A stretch of DNA of 32,000 bases from Candidatus Nitrosopumilus koreensis AR1 (GCF_000299365.1 NC_018655.1:600001-632000); one strand, 5' to 3'. Shown: positions 8,479 to 18,363, counted from the stretch's first letter. A program made the numbers and translations. Notes: generated from the letters alone by a model not told the origin.

Positions 8479-8991
8479 CTATCTGTACATTGATTTCTCA
8501 GTTGTTTCATCCATTGGATTTGCTTGTCCTGAAAAACCACTAAAATTAGAACGCAGGATTTTTTGAATATGTGCTGTTACTCTTGCAACATTGTCCCACG
8601 TGTCATGAAATGAGACTCTGTCAAGAATTTGTTCATCAACATGTGAGAATATTGCTAATCCTGCAATGTTTTCTTTATCTTTGACCCATTGGTGCCCAAC
8701 TTTGCAAATTGTACAAATTTCACTAATGTCCATAACTGCTTTTGAAAATGATGGGTTTTTCATTACCAATAATTTTGCATCGTCTTCGGGAAATCTCATA
8801 TTTACATTTAAATGAATTCTGTCTTTTCTGTTTGCATTTTTGCTAATTATGACATTTGTGCCAACTCTAAATTGCCATTCAATTAACTTGCTTTTCTCTC
8901 TGACTTTTTCTGTTTGATCTTCATAATTGATATTGGTTATTTTGATAAATTCTTCAACAAGATTTTTCATTTCTTCTGAAGTCTTTGCCAT
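8479..8991 (-). CDS. Conserved hypothetical archaeal protein (170 aa)
   Basis: Intact ORF, soluble, ICTICKVGHQW motif. Confidence 0.7.
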   Translation of the reverse strand: MAKTSEEMKNLVEEFIKITNINYEDQTEKVREKSKLIEWQFRVGTNVIISKNANRKDRIHLNVNMRFPEDDAKLLVMKNPSFSKAVMDISEICTICKVGHQWVKDKENIAGLAIFSHVDEQILDRVSFHDTWDNVARVTAHIQKILRSNFSGFSGQANPMDETTEKSMYR

Positions 8992-9040
8992 GAAACCACT
9001 CGTAATATCTACAATATATGCATATTATAGAAAAAAGAGA

Positions 9041-9178
9041 CTAATGGCTGTGTCCACAACCACAGGAATCATGTCCACCATGACCTTCTGTTTCTTTTCC
9101 TGCGCATTTAGAACATTTGTCTGAACCGGTTGGTGAGAAAAATCCTATGCCGCATGAAACGCATTTTTGATTTGCCAT
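9041..9178 (-). CDS. Tiny zinc-ribbon protein with His/Cys-rich C-terminal tail (45 aa)
   Basis: Not in ORF track. Reads MANQKCVSCGIGFFSPTGSDKCSKCAGKETEGHGGHDSCGCGHSH*; two CxxC pairs. Confidence 0.75.
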   Translation of the reverse strand: MANQKCVSCGIGFFSPTGSDKCSKCAGKETEGHGGHDSCGCGHSH

Positions 9179-9227
9179 ATATCTAATCAAAAATTACTAT
9201 ATTTAATGATAGATAGAAAATATCTTG

Positions 9228-9368
9228 TTATTTGAGATATTTGTCAAGTAGTTCATTGATTACTCGTGAGTAACTTACAGAACTGTTTGATTCTCTTATC
9301 ATTTTTGATTGGCGTTGTCTTAGTTTCTTATCTAATTCATCGTCTATCATGATTGTAACTCTTTTCAT
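9228..9368 (-). CDS. Small ribbon-helix-helix-like protein (46 aa)
   Basis: Not in ORF track. Reads MKRVTIMIDDELDKKLRQRQSKMIRESNSSVSYSRVINELLDKYLK*, a CopG/RHH-like pattern. Confidence 0.7.
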   Translation of the reverse strand: MKRVTIMIDDELDKKLRQRQSKMIRESNSSVSYSRVINELLDKYLK

Positions 9369-9441
9369 TGCACTGTTTATTGCACAATTATGAACTTAAG
9401 AAGTATGGACATTTTCTAATTGATCTTGTTCCATTGTGGAA

Positions 9442-9783
9442 TTATTCTGATGGTCTTGCATTTCCAATTTCACCTTTCTTTTGGAATTCTCTATATTCGC
9501 CAATTATTGAATTGCATTTTTCACAGACGTATTGACCTCTTTCAATTAAGATCAGATTGTCTGCAACCTCCTCATTGGGGCTCTCCTCTAACTGAATTTT
9601 TGGGGGATTGTCAAACTCTGTCTCGCAATTATTGCAATAATGTTTGAGCATTTTTTCAGTTTCAATTTTTCCTATTGGGGCTAGAAATAATTTCCCCACT
9701 CCTAAATCTGCTTTTTTTGCTTGCTCATCAGTAAGGTCTGCTATCACGTATCCGCCAGAGCCTTGAACTTTTAATTCTGTCAT
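9442..9783 (-). CDS. Conserved hypothetical protein with C-terminal zinc ribbon (113 aa)
   Basis: CNNC...CEKC cysteine pairs. Confidence 0.75.
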   Translation of the reverse strand: MTELKVQGSGGYVIADLTDEQAKKADLGVGKLFLAPIGKIETEKMLKHYCNNCETEFDNPPKIQLEESPNEEVADNLILIERGQYVCEKCNSIIGEYREFQKKGEIGNARPSE

Positions 9784-9847
9784 TTCATATTGCTCTTGAT
9801 TTTGGTATTAAAATACTATTTGTGTTGGGATGGATTGTTTAGAATAC

Positions 9848-9947
9848 AACGAGACACACGGAAAGCATGTTTTTTCTAGGACGTTGACCTAACATGAGAT
9901 GCTTTCCATACCGTTATTCTACGACGCAGAATAACAGTTTTCTCGTT
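9848..9947 (-). ncRNA. Candidate structured small RNA, element A (paralogous to element B at 31246-31303)
   Basis: Closing helix AACGAGA(9848-9854)/TCTCGTT(9941-9947); arm 1 GGAAAGC/GCTTTCC (9860-9866/9901-9907) extended by ATGT/ACAT and TAGG(9877-9880)/CCTA(9888-9891); arm 2 GTTATTCT(9913-9920)/AGAATAAC(9928-9935). Minus-strand TATA-like TTAAATATC at 9967-9975. Strand inferred from promoter spacing. Confidence 0.6.
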
Positions 9948-10155
9948 ACATATTATACGTCAAAATGATATTTAACCATATCTTGATTCTCACCTAATGC
10001 CAACCTTGAATTAAAAAATTTATTGAGATGTAAATTGATGAATACTTTGGACATACACTAAATTGCTTGTCCTTTGAATAGACACACTTGAAATCATTGT
10101 TGTTTTATTATGTGAAAATCAGTAGATTCTTATCTAAAATTTTTCAGCAAATCCT

Positions 10156-10992
10156 ATGGATAAAATAAAACAAAATTCTCCTGTGTTATTCTACTTTAAT
10201 CACTCAAAAAAATGGCTTGTAAAGATTACAAAAAAAGAGTCCCTTCATACTCATATTGGTGTCATCAAACATTCTGATGCTATAGGAAAAGAGTATGGCT
10301 CACGACTTGTTACAAATAAAGACAAGTATGTCTACCTGCTCAAACCCACGATGTATGACTATGTTATGAAAATACAACATGGTACTCAGATAGTTTATCC
10401 AAAGGATATTGGATATATTATTGCAAGAGCAGGAATTGAGAGTGGGCAAAAGATTCTTGAAATTGGAACTGGAAGTGGTTCCTTAACTTCTTGTGTGGCA
10501 AGTATTGTAAAACCACGAGGACATGTTTACACTTTTGATGTTGATGAAAATTTTATGAAAATTGCAGAAAAAAATATTCAAAAAGCTGGCGTTTCAAAAT
10601 ATGTGACACAGCATAATTTAGATTTGAAAACCGCAAAAAAGATGCCTCTTGATGATATGGATGTTGCTTTAATTGATCTTGGCGATCCTTGGTTGGTAAT
10701 TCCTCAAGTGCGAAAAATGCTTAAGGGAAGTGGTGCCATATTTGCGATTTGTCCTACAATGAATCAACTAGAAAAACTAACTACAAGTTTAGTTGAAAAT
10801 GAGTTCACGGATATTGAATCAACTGAGCATATTTTACGTACTATAGAGGCACGAGAAGGAAAAACTAGACATTCTTTTCAAGGAATTGGCCATACAACCT
10901 ATCTATGCTATGCAAGAAAAGCGTTTTTTGGTAGAGAAACAAAAAAATCAACAAAACCCAAGGCTACCAAAACTACCAAAAAGTCTTCTTAA
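10156..10992 (+). CDS. trmI: tRNA (adenine-58-N1)-methyltransferase
   Basis: GQKILEIGTGSGSLTSCVASIVKPRGHVYTFDVDE SAM-binding motif, DLGDPW, Lys-rich tail. Confidence 0.9.
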   Translation: MDKIKQNSPVLFYFNHSKKWLVKITKKESLHTHIGVIKHSDAIGKEYGSRLVTNKDKYVYLLKPTMYDYVMKIQHGTQIVYPKDIGYIIARAGIESGQKILEIGTGSGSLTSCVASIVKPRGHVYTFDVDENFMKIAEKNIQKAGVSKYVTQHNLDLKTAKKMPLDDMDVALIDLGDPWLVIPQVRKMLKGSGAIFAICPTMNQLEKLTTSLVENEFTDIESTEHILRTIEAREGKTRHSFQGIGHTTYLCYARKAFFGRETKKSTKPKATKTTKKSS

Positions 10993-11031
10993 AAATTTAA
11001 GACAAGATTTATTCTGGTATTTTTTAGAATA

Positions 11032-11901
11032 TTGTATATGGTTACAAAAAACCTTACACCTTCTATGGTAAAGAAATACATCCCTTCTAGAAAAGCAAAA
11101 TCCAGAAAAGGCGATAATGGAACTGTTCTGATAGTTGGCGGAAGTTACATTTACCACGGTGCTCCTATTTTATCTTCAATTGCCGCATTACGATGTGGGA
11201 CTGATCTAGTTTACACATGTGTTCCAAAAATCAATGTGTCTGCAACTCGTTCTGTTTCGCCCAATCTCATTGTGCTTCCACTAGTTGATCAAAAATTAAC
11301 TCGTGGTGCTGTCAATAAATTACTTGGTATGCTTCCCCATAATCTTGATTCTGCAACAATTGGGATGGGTCTTGCCATTCAAGAAAAAAATTCGTTATTA
11401 CATCTTGTAAAATCCCTTTTGTCTCAAGATGTAAGACTGTCTCTGGATGCAAGTGCATTAATTCCAGAGGTATTACCTCTTTTAGCAAACAAAAATGTCG
11501 TAGTGACTCCTCATGCTGGAGAATTTAAGAGATTGTTTGGTGAATCTCCGTCAAACATAAAAAAAGAACGAATTAAAACTGTGGAAAATTATGCAAAAAA
11601 ATTTGGTATAACTGTATTGTTAAAAGGTGCTACGGATGTGATTTCAAATGGCTCTACAACATATCTTTATGAGAAAAAAACTCCTGGCATGACTGTTGGA
11701 GGAACTGGTGATGTTTTGTCTGGTTTAGTGGCAGGGCTATTATCTAAGAATAGAAATACCTTAGAATCTGCAGCAGCTGCAACTCTCATTAATGGATTGG
11801 CAGGAAAGGCAACTCAAAAAAAATTGGGGTTGCATATGACCTCTATGGACTTGTTAGAAGAACTACCATATGTGATGAAACAGTTTGATAAGATAGTGTG
11901 A
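11032..11901 (+). CDS. nnrD: ADP-dependent (S)-NAD(P)H-hydrate dehydratase, YjeF C-terminal domain only
   Basis: VLIVGGSYIYHGAPILSS, TPHAGEFKRLFG, MTVGGTGDVLSGLVAGLL. Confidence 0.9.
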   Translation: MYMVTKNLTPSMVKKYIPSRKAKSRKGDNGTVLIVGGSYIYHGAPILSSIAALRCGTDLVYTCVPKINVSATRSVSPNLIVLPLVDQKLTRGAVNKLLGMLPHNLDSATIGMGLAIQEKNSLLHLVKSLLSQDVRLSLDASALIPEVLPLLANKNVVVTPHAGEFKRLFGESPSNIKKERIKTVENYAKKFGITVLLKGATDVISNGSTTYLYEKKTPGMTVGGTGDVLSGLVAGLLSKNRNTLESAAAATLINGLAGKATQKKLGLHMTSMDLLEELPYVMKQFDKIV

Positions 11902-11905
11902 TTTC

Positions 11906-13261
11906 ATGAATGTCCTAAAACATGTAGATTCCAACATGGATGGTTTGATTTCGGATCTGCAAACCTTAATTAGACAACCAAGTGTCTCTGCAAAAAATGA
12001 AGGCATTACTGAATGCTCCAAACTTGTTCAAAAATTATTACAAAAATCCGATATTAAATCTGAACTTTTACGCTTGAAAAAAGGAGTTGCACCTATTGTT
12101 TATGGTGAGGTCACATCAAAACAAAACCCAAACAAGACTTTGCTGTTTTACAATCATTATGATGTGCAACCTGCAGAGCCATTTGATTTGTGGGATGATC
12201 CTCCATTTAGTGGAAAAAGAAAAGGAAACAAAATCTTTGGACGAGGTGCAACAGACGATAAAGGCGAATTGATTACAAGAATAAAATCCGTTGAAGCGTA
12301 CCTGAAAACAACCGGTGATGTGCCTTGTAACATAAAATTTGTTATTGAAGGCGAAGAAGAAACTGGCAGTGCACACATTGAAGATTATTTGAAAAAATAC
12401 AAAAAAAAATTTTCTTGTGATGGGGTGATCTGGGAGTTTGGATATGTTGATTCAAAAAATCGGCCGATAATTGGTCTTGGGATGAAAGGATTGTTATTTG
12501 TTGAGTTGTCTGTAAAAGAATCAATCAGAGATGCTCATTCCAGCCTGGCAGTGTTGATAAAAAATCCTGCATGGAGATTGATTGAGGCTGTAAACACATT
12601 ACGAAACACTGATGGAAAAATACTCATCAAAGATTGGTATAAGGAAGTAACTCCATTTTCAAAAAATGATTTAGATTTAATTCGTAAAGAACCATTTGAT
12701 GCAAATACCTTCAAAAAAGAATTTGGGATAAAATCCTTTGTTGGCTCTAAAAATGGATTGGATGCAAAAAAAGCTCTAGTTGGTGATGCCACATGTAATA
12801 TTGCAGGATTTGTTTCTGGATATACTGGAGATGGTGCAAAAACTGTTCTTCCTGGAGAAGCACTAGTCAAAATAGATTTTAGATTGATACCAAAAATGGA
12901 TCCTCGCAAACAAGTTGTGAGACTAAAAAATCATTTAAAATCCAAAGGATTTGGAGATATCAAAATCAAAGTATTTCATGGAGAGGCAGCTGCCCGAACT
13001 AATTCCTCTGATCCTTTTGTCAGTCAGGTAAAACAAGCAGCTGACAAATCTTTTGGAAAATCAATCCTGAATGTTTCTAATGCTGGAACAGGCCCGATGT
13101 ATTCGTTTGTCAATGTCTTAAAAGCTCCTTGTATTGCTATTGGAAGCACATACATGTTTGCTAGAATTCACTCTCCAAATGAATTTGCTAGAATTGATTT
13201 GCTAAAGAAAACAACAAAGTGTATGTGTCTAATTATGGATAATTTTGGAAAGAATCAGTGA
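11906..13261 (+). CDS. M20-family metallopeptidase
   Basis: LLFYNHYDVQPAEP, GRGATDDKGE, IEGEEETGS, GTGPMYSFV. Confidence 0.92.
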   Translation: MNVLKHVDSNMDGLISDLQTLIRQPSVSAKNEGITECSKLVQKLLQKSDIKSELLRLKKGVAPIVYGEVTSKQNPNKTLLFYNHYDVQPAEPFDLWDDPPFSGKRKGNKIFGRGATDDKGELITRIKSVEAYLKTTGDVPCNIKFVIEGEEETGSAHIEDYLKKYKKKFSCDGVIWEFGYVDSKNRPIIGLGMKGLLFVELSVKESIRDAHSSLAVLIKNPAWRLIEAVNTLRNTDGKILIKDWYKEVTPFSKNDLDLIRKEPFDANTFKKEFGIKSFVGSKNGLDAKKALVGDATCNIAGFVSGYTGDGAKTVLPGEALVKIDFRLIPKMDPRKQVVRLKNHLKSKGFGDIKIKVFHGEAAARTNSSDPFVSQVKQAADKSFGKSILNVSNAGTGPMYSFVNVLKAPCIAIGSTYMFARIHSPNEFARIDLLKKTTKCMCLIMDNFGKNQ

Positions 13262-13674
13262 ATGAATCTTGGTAATTTCTTGACTATGTGAGACAGTGAC
13301 ACTCTTCCAGGACCTGCTGCAACAATTACTAGACATGATGCTAGCAAAATCAAATCAATACGATAACCACCATCTCCTGTCAAGCTTTGAGCTTCCTTGA
13401 CTAGGAAAATTGCCCCTAGCATAATTATTGATAGTAATGATGCAGAAATTCTACTCAATACTCCTATGATCAAAAGAATTCCTGGAATTGTTTCTGCCAA
13501 TCCAATAGGAATTTGCATTTCTGGTGGTAATCCTAAACTACTCAAAAACCCTCCAAATCCTGGATTGCCTAGTTTGGATGTACCTGCAACAATAAAGATC
13601 ACACCAACTGCTGATCTTAAACCCATAAACGAAATGTCTACTAGATTTTTTTTACTAATCTCGCTAGTAGCCAT
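13255..13674 (-). CDS. DoxX-family membrane protein
   Basis: Four hydrophobic segments, FIVAGTSKLGNPG pattern; 3' overlap with the M20 gene (7 nt, convergent). Confidence 0.75.
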   Translation of the reverse strand: MATSEISKKNLVDISFMGLRSAVGVIFIVAGTSKLGNPGFGGFLSSLGLPPEMQIPIGLAETIPGILLIIGVLSRISASLLSIIMLGAIFLVKEAQSLTGDGGYRIDLILLASCLVIVAAGPGRVSLSHIVKKLPRFIH

Positions 13675-13770
13675 GTTATCTGTTTGATTTTTTTTTAGTA
13701 TAACTATTTTGCTTATTTTTTGCCGTAAGATGTAGAAAGCCCTTTATTATGCTCTAAAATTATTTGAAAT

Positions 13771-14367
13771 ATGTCCATGTATATGCCCGGAGCAACTGCT
13801 GTTGGGATTACTTTTGATGGCGGTGTAGTTTTTGCCAGTGAAAAAAGGATCGCATTTGGAAATTTTCTAGTAAGTAAAACAACAAAAAAGACATTTCCTA
13901 TCACTCCTAAAGTTGGAGCAACATGTGCCGGACTCGTAGCCGACATGCAAATACTATCATTACAAATTGCCGCTCTTGCAAAAATAAGAAAAATGGAGCT
14001 CAAAAGAGACGTTCCACCAAATACAGTTGCTAAAATGATGTCAAATATGATGTATGAAAGAAGATACTTTCCATTATTGACTCAGGTAATCGTTGGAGGT
14101 GTTGTTGATAAACCAATTATGTACACTCTTGATCCATTGGGTTCTGTTTTGCCTGATGAATATGCTGCAGTTGGAACTGGAGCTGAAATGGCATTGGGTG
14201 TACTTGATCCTCAATTCAAACCAAACATGACCAAAGATGAGGCAATTGATTTGGCAAAACGTGCAGTACGCGCAGCATCTCTTAGGGATTCTGCAAGTGG
14301 TGACGGTTTGGATATTCTTGTTATTACCAAAGACGGTACTGAAGAATTCACAGAAGCCATCAAGTAA
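13771..14367 (+). CDS. psmB: Proteasome beta subunit
   Basis: Propeptide then TAVGITFDGGVVFASEKR catalytic N-terminal Thr region, GTGAEMALGVLD, SASGDGLDILVITKDG. Confidence 0.95.
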   Translation: MSMYMPGATAVGITFDGGVVFASEKRIAFGNFLVSKTTKKTFPITPKVGATCAGLVADMQILSLQIAALAKIRKMELKRDVPPNTVAKMMSNMMYERRYFPLLTQVIVGGVVDKPIMYTLDPLGSVLPDEYAAVGTGAEMALGVLDPQFKPNMTKDEAIDLAKRAVRAASLRDSASGDGLDILVITKDGTEEFTEAIK

Positions 14368-14370
14368 ATT

Positions 14371-14847
14371 TTAATCGTAAATCGTTTTCCCAGTTTCCCA
14401 GAATTTGTCTGAGATGTAGTGAAGATTTTTTATAACTTCACCTTTATCCATTGCCTCTGCTTCTGAACTTGACACTACTGATTTACCTACTGCTAAAAAT
14501 TTGTGTTGAGATTCTTCGACAATACAAACCAGTTTATCTTTTTCAAATTCTGTAAATGATTTAATTCCTGGCCTCATCAAATTTGCTCCTTTACACATGA
14601 ATTTTACTGCGCCCATATCCACTGTTACATTTGGAAATTTTTCCAAGGTTTCAGTTTCTGATAAAAATGGTAAATAGTCATCATTGATTTTCAGAATTTT
14701 AATTCCTTTACCTGTAATGATTTGGGCATCATCTAAAATTTGATGAACTTTGAGATTTTTTATTTTTGGAAGATCCATTTCCCATTGTTCTGAAACTGTT
14801 TTTAAGAGTGCAGATGTCTCACTCTTTGAAATTAAATTTGACTTCAA
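14371..14847 (-). CDS. PUA-domain protein (MCT-1/Tma20-like)
   Basis: VTVDMGAVKFMCKGANLMRPGIKSF...VCIVEESQHKFLAVGKSVVSSSEAE typical PUA. Confidence 0.8.
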   Translation of the reverse strand: MKSNLISKSETSALLKTVSEQWEMDLPKIKNLKVHQILDDAQIITGKGIKILKINDDYLPFLSETETLEKFPNVTVDMGAVKFMCKGANLMRPGIKSFTEFEKDKLVCIVEESQHKFLAVGKSVVSSSEAEAMDKGEVIKNLHYISDKFWETGKTIYD

Positions 14848-15854
14848 GTTCTTGCAATCTCTTGTCTGATGTCTAGCAAATCTCTTAGTATGGAACTTGC
14901 AGTTTCCATGCCTCCCGCACCTCTTCCAATTATTGTCTGTGTGCCTGAATGTTCTGATGTAAATGCAATTGCATTAAGTGTTCCATTTACACAAAGCGGG
15001 TCATCATTTGGAACTTCTTTTGGTGCAACAATGAGTTCTTTGTTACATGATGCAATCAATTTCACTGCACAATTATTTTTAGCAGCTTTTTTAATATCCT
15101 CTGTTGTTACATTGCGAATCCCTGTGCAATTAATGTCTGGCATTGTAACTTTCATTCCCATAATCCAATTTGCAAGAATTACTAATTTGGCTGCAGCATC
15201 TAATCCATCTAAATCCAAAGATTCATCAGCTTCAACATACCCTTTATCTTTTGCATCTTTGAGGGCTTCCTCGTATGATATTCCTGTTGCCATGTTTGAT
15301 AAAATGTAATTTGTTGTACCATTTAGTATGCCTGCAAATGATATGATTCTTTCCCCACTCAGGCTGTTTTTAGCATAATCTAAAATTGGTGTTCCTCCTC
15401 CAACTGTGCCGCTGAATTTGAATATTACTTGATTGTATGTGGCAAGTTCCAATAATGAAGGAAATGCTAACGCGAGAGGTCCTTTGTTTACTGATATGAC
15501 ATGCATTCCTTTTTTCATAGCTGTTGTAATGTGTGTCATTCCAGGCTCTGCATCTTTGTAATTGCTAGCAGTAGTTTCAATTAATACATCTGCTTCTATG
15601 TTTTTGAGCATGTCGATACCTGACATTGTATTTTTTGTATTAGCATAATTTTTTACGGTTCCAAACTTCTTTTTGACCTCGATGAGCTTGTTTAATTCCA
15701 ATCCTGAAGAACTAACTGCACTGCCTTTGCTATCAAAAACTCCTACCACTCTGGGCTTGAGTCCATATTTTGCATACAAGTCCTCTGATCTTGAATCAAA
15801 TAATTTCACTAAACTTTGGCCCACAACGCCAAATCCGCACAGTATTATTCTCAA
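14844..15854 (-). CDS. hom: Homoserine dehydrogenase
   Basis: CGFGVVGQSLVKLF, VISVNKGPLA, GGGTPIL...GILNGTTNYIL, DLDGLDAAAKLVILA. Confidence 0.92.
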   Translation of the reverse strand: MRIILCGFGVVGQSLVKLFDSRSEDLYAKYGLKPRVVGVFDSKGSAVSSSGLELNKLIEVKKKFGTVKNYANTKNTMSGIDMLKNIEADVLIETTASNYKDAEPGMTHITTAMKKGMHVISVNKGPLALAFPSLLELATYNQVIFKFSGTVGGGTPILDYAKNSLSGERIISFAGILNGTTNYILSNMATGISYEEALKDAKDKGYVEADESLDLDGLDAAAKLVILANWIMGMKVTMPDINCTGIRNVTTEDIKKAAKNNCAVKLIASCNKELIVAPKEVPNDDPLCVNGTLNAIAFTSEHSGTQTIIGRGAGGMETASSILRDLLDIRQEIART

Positions 15855-15919
15855 ATTTTTTCAGCCCTTTTGAATGTGTGTTTTTTCGTCATTTTGATTC
15901 TCTTTGATTTTCTTACCAT
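15851..15919 (-). CDS. Possible 22-aa basic upstream ORF translationally coupled to hom
   Basis: MVRKSKRIKMTKKHTFKRAEKI*; the TGA stop overlaps the TTG start of hom (TTGA). Absent from track. Confidence 0.25.
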   Translation of the reverse strand: MVRKSKRIKMTKKHTFKRAEKI

Positions 15920-15976
15920 TGATTGCGTTTTATTAATAATTTTTGAATTGCATTGATGAAAATATTTTATTTATGA

Positions 15977-16387
15977 CTATGATTGATTTTCTGTGTCTTT
16001 TTCATGTTGTAATGAAACTGAATTGATACAATACCTTTGATTTGTTGGCTTGGGCCCATCATCAAAAACATGTCCTAAATGTGCTCCACACTTGTTACAA
16101 TTGACTTCTGTTCTAACCATGCCATATGATGTGTCTGATATGTATTCGATTTTATCTTCAGAAATTGGTTCCCAAAAACTTGGCCATCCTGAACCTGAAT
16201 CAAATTTTGCATCTGATGAGAACAAATCTTCCCCGCAACAGGTACACTTGAACTTTCCTTCTAGTTTTGAATCATTGTATTTTCCAGAAAATGGAGGTTC
16301 AGTTCCATGATTAATACAAATTTCATATTGATCGGGAGTTAACTTTTCTTTCCATTCTTCGGGTGTTTTTCTAATTTTTTCTGACAT
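15977..16387 (-). CDS. msrB: Peptide-methionine (R)-S-oxide reductase
   Basis: GTEPPFSGKY, CTCCGEDLFSS, SGSGWPSFWEP, CNKCGAHLGHVFDDGP, RYCINSVSL. Confidence 0.96.
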   Translation of the reverse strand: MSEKIRKTPEEWKEKLTPDQYEICINHGTEPPFSGKYNDSKLEGKFKCTCCGEDLFSSDAKFDSGSGWPSFWEPISEDKIEYISDTSYGMVRTEVNCNKCGAHLGHVFDDGPKPTNQRYCINSVSLQHEKDTENQS

Positions 16388-16423
16388 GTTTTATTTCATT
16401 TTTTAAAATATTTGAATTTTATT

Positions 16424-18058
16424 CTATTTCATCTTCTTTCTTTTTTCTTCTGTTCTTTTTTCTGATTCAAATCTTTCCAAATCATATTCTTTCATATCTA
16501 CAAATTTCATGATCCTGCTTAATCTTGGGTGTACTTTGTTAATTTGTTTGAACATTTGCTGTGCCACTCTTCTATAATCGACATGTCCTTGTGGAACTGT
16601 TCTTAATTCAATCAGATGGCATGCCTCTCGTAAATTAAATTTCATAAAGTAAGGATAGTTGTATGCAAAGTTTACCACATATTGTCCTTGTTCTGGATAT
16701 CTTTTTCTAATTTTGTCAAATGTTTCTTTAGTTTTATTCATACAATCTTTAAAGTCCTTGTCAATTCCAAGAATTTTGATTTCATTGGGAATGTTGTATC
16801 CATGATCTGTTGTAAGTAATTGTCGTTCTAATGTTAATGCTCTGTGTCTGTGAAAATCTCTGAACATCCCAAAATTATTGTACAAATCAAATGTGTAATA
16901 GACACTTTCAAATGCTCGTGAAGGCCTGTGTCTTCTATTTGTTCGGAGTTTTGCAAATTCATCAATAATCTTTGTTTTATTTTTGATTGGCATTTTTTTT
17001 ACTTGCTGTAAAATATCATGATAAGAAGTACTTGGGGATTGCTCATACATTATACTTGTAATAATTTTATCAATTGCTGTTTTTTCTGATTCATAATCTA
17101 CTAGTTTTGTTCGGGTTCCTTTTTTTGGTCTTGGCTTGATTTCTTTAGATGTTGTTTTTGATTTGTTTTTTACATCTCGAAGATATTTTTGAAATGCTTT
17201 TCCATATTTGTCATCTGCTCTTCGAACAAACGATTTGATGGTTTTATCAAGTTCTTTTTTGATTTTTGAGGCTAAATCTTGTTCTTCTTTGAGATCAGAT
17301 GCACCTAAAACTGTAAGGAGATATTCAAATGCTCTTCCGTTACCTGTTATTCCAACATTTGTTAGGGTTGAAGCTGGCAGTAACCCTCTCAAAATATCTA
17401 ATGCTTTAGCTTTTGTTGAACCTCTGTAAATCATATTGGCAGATTTTATGTCGTTTTCATCTTTTAATTTGGAAAATGATTTCTCCTTTCCGTCTTTGGA
17501 ATCTTTAAAATTATATTTTTCAATTGGATATTTTTCTCTTACATAATTTATCATCGGTTCAATGTTTTTTGAATACACATCAAATGAAAAATTACATGTT
17601 TCTTCATACATGTCTGCAAATTTTGATTTCATAATTTCTGGGTCTCTGTAAAATCTGTATTTTCCATTTTCTTTTTTATTCCATGCAACATATCTTGATG
17701 ATTTTTCTAAATATGACAATCCGATTCGTCTATCTTCGATTTTTTTTACTGCAATGTTTGATAATCCTTCAATTGCAATTTGTGCTTCGCCAAGTTCTGC
17801 AACCGAATCGTCTCCGTATTCTAGCAGAACCCTGTTGTAAAATTCTTCACCTCTGTTTTTATTTTTTAGAAATTCATCCAGAAATATACGTCTCATGCTT
17901 TTGTCTGTTCTACTATATCTTGACATCAGAGCTCCACGATCAACTTGTTGCGGAGTAATTATTGCAAACACATTGCCGTCAGTGTTGGAAAAATGTTCTG
18001 ATAAAATCTTTTTTTCCTTAGTTGAAAATTCTGACAACACTGGTGTCCTGTTTTTCAA
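16424..18058 (-). CDS. Double-length ThyX-like (flavin-dependent thymidylate synthase superfamily) protein
   Basis: N-half [13 protein letters not shown]...[11 protein letters not shown]; C-half [15 protein letters not shown]...[22 protein letters not shown]. Confidence 0.75.
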   Translation of the reverse strand: MKNRTPVLSEFSTKEKKILSEHFSNTDGNVFAIITPQQVDRGALMSRYSRTDKSMRRIFLDEFLKNKNRGEEFYNRVLLEYGDDSVAELGEAQIAIEGLSNIAVKKIEDRRIGLSYLEKSSRYVAWNKKENGKYRFYRDPEIMKSKFADMYEETCNFSFDVYSKNIEPMINYVREKYPIEKYNFKDSKDGKEKSFSKLKDENDIKSANMIYRGSTKAKALDILRGLLPASTLTNVGITGNGRAFEYLLTVLGASDLKEEQDLASKIKKELDKTIKSFVRRADDKYGKAFQKYLRDVKNKSKTTSKEIKPRPKKGTRTKLVDYESEKTAIDKIITSIMYEQSPSTSYHDILQQVKKMPIKNKTKIIDEFAKLRTNRRHRPSRAFESVYYTFDLYNNFGMFRDFHRHRALTLERQLLTTDHGYNIPNEIKILGIDKDFKDCMNKTKETFDKIRKRYPEQGQYVVNFAYNYPYFMKFNLREACHLIELRTVPQGHVDYRRVAQQMFKQINKVHPRLSRIMKFVDMKEYDLERFESEKRTEEKRKKMK

Positions 18059-18069
18059 TTATTAATAGT

Positions 18070-18363
18070 CTATTTCTTTTTTCCAATTTGAATTAGATCG
18101 GGACCTTTGTCTTTGTCACCGTCTTGACCTTTAGCTTGCCATCTGAGCAAAACTTCTTTGAATGCAGCTGCATCAGCTTCATTTTCAGTATACATCAAAG
18201 TGGTTACCCAAAAACCATTGTTGGCAGTTTTACCACCAACTGAATTCATCCAAAAATTACTTGGTAGATTTTCCATGATTTTACTGTCTTTTTCCTTGGT
18301 GACTTCGACCCATCGATTTGATACAAAATTCAAAATCTGTTCAAGTTCTTCTTTTTGAATCAT
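18070..18363 (-). CDS. Small hypothetical protein (97 aa)
   Basis: Intact ORF 11 nt upstream of the ThyX-like gene on the same strand. Confidence 0.65.
   Translation of the reverse strand: MIQKEELEQILNFVSNRWVEVTKEKDSKIMENLPSNFWMNSVGGKTANNGFWVTTLMYTENEADAAAFKEVLLRWQAKGQDGDKDKGPDLIQIGKKK

Noticed and set aside
10049-10072. GGACA...TGTCC inverted repeat upstream of trmI
   Set aside because: Only 5 bp with a 14-nt loop; expected by chance in this length.
11906-13261. Several minus-strand ORFs (60-124 aa) within the M20 peptidase gene
   Set aside because: Antisense ORFs with no recognisable domains, fully inside a well-supported gene.
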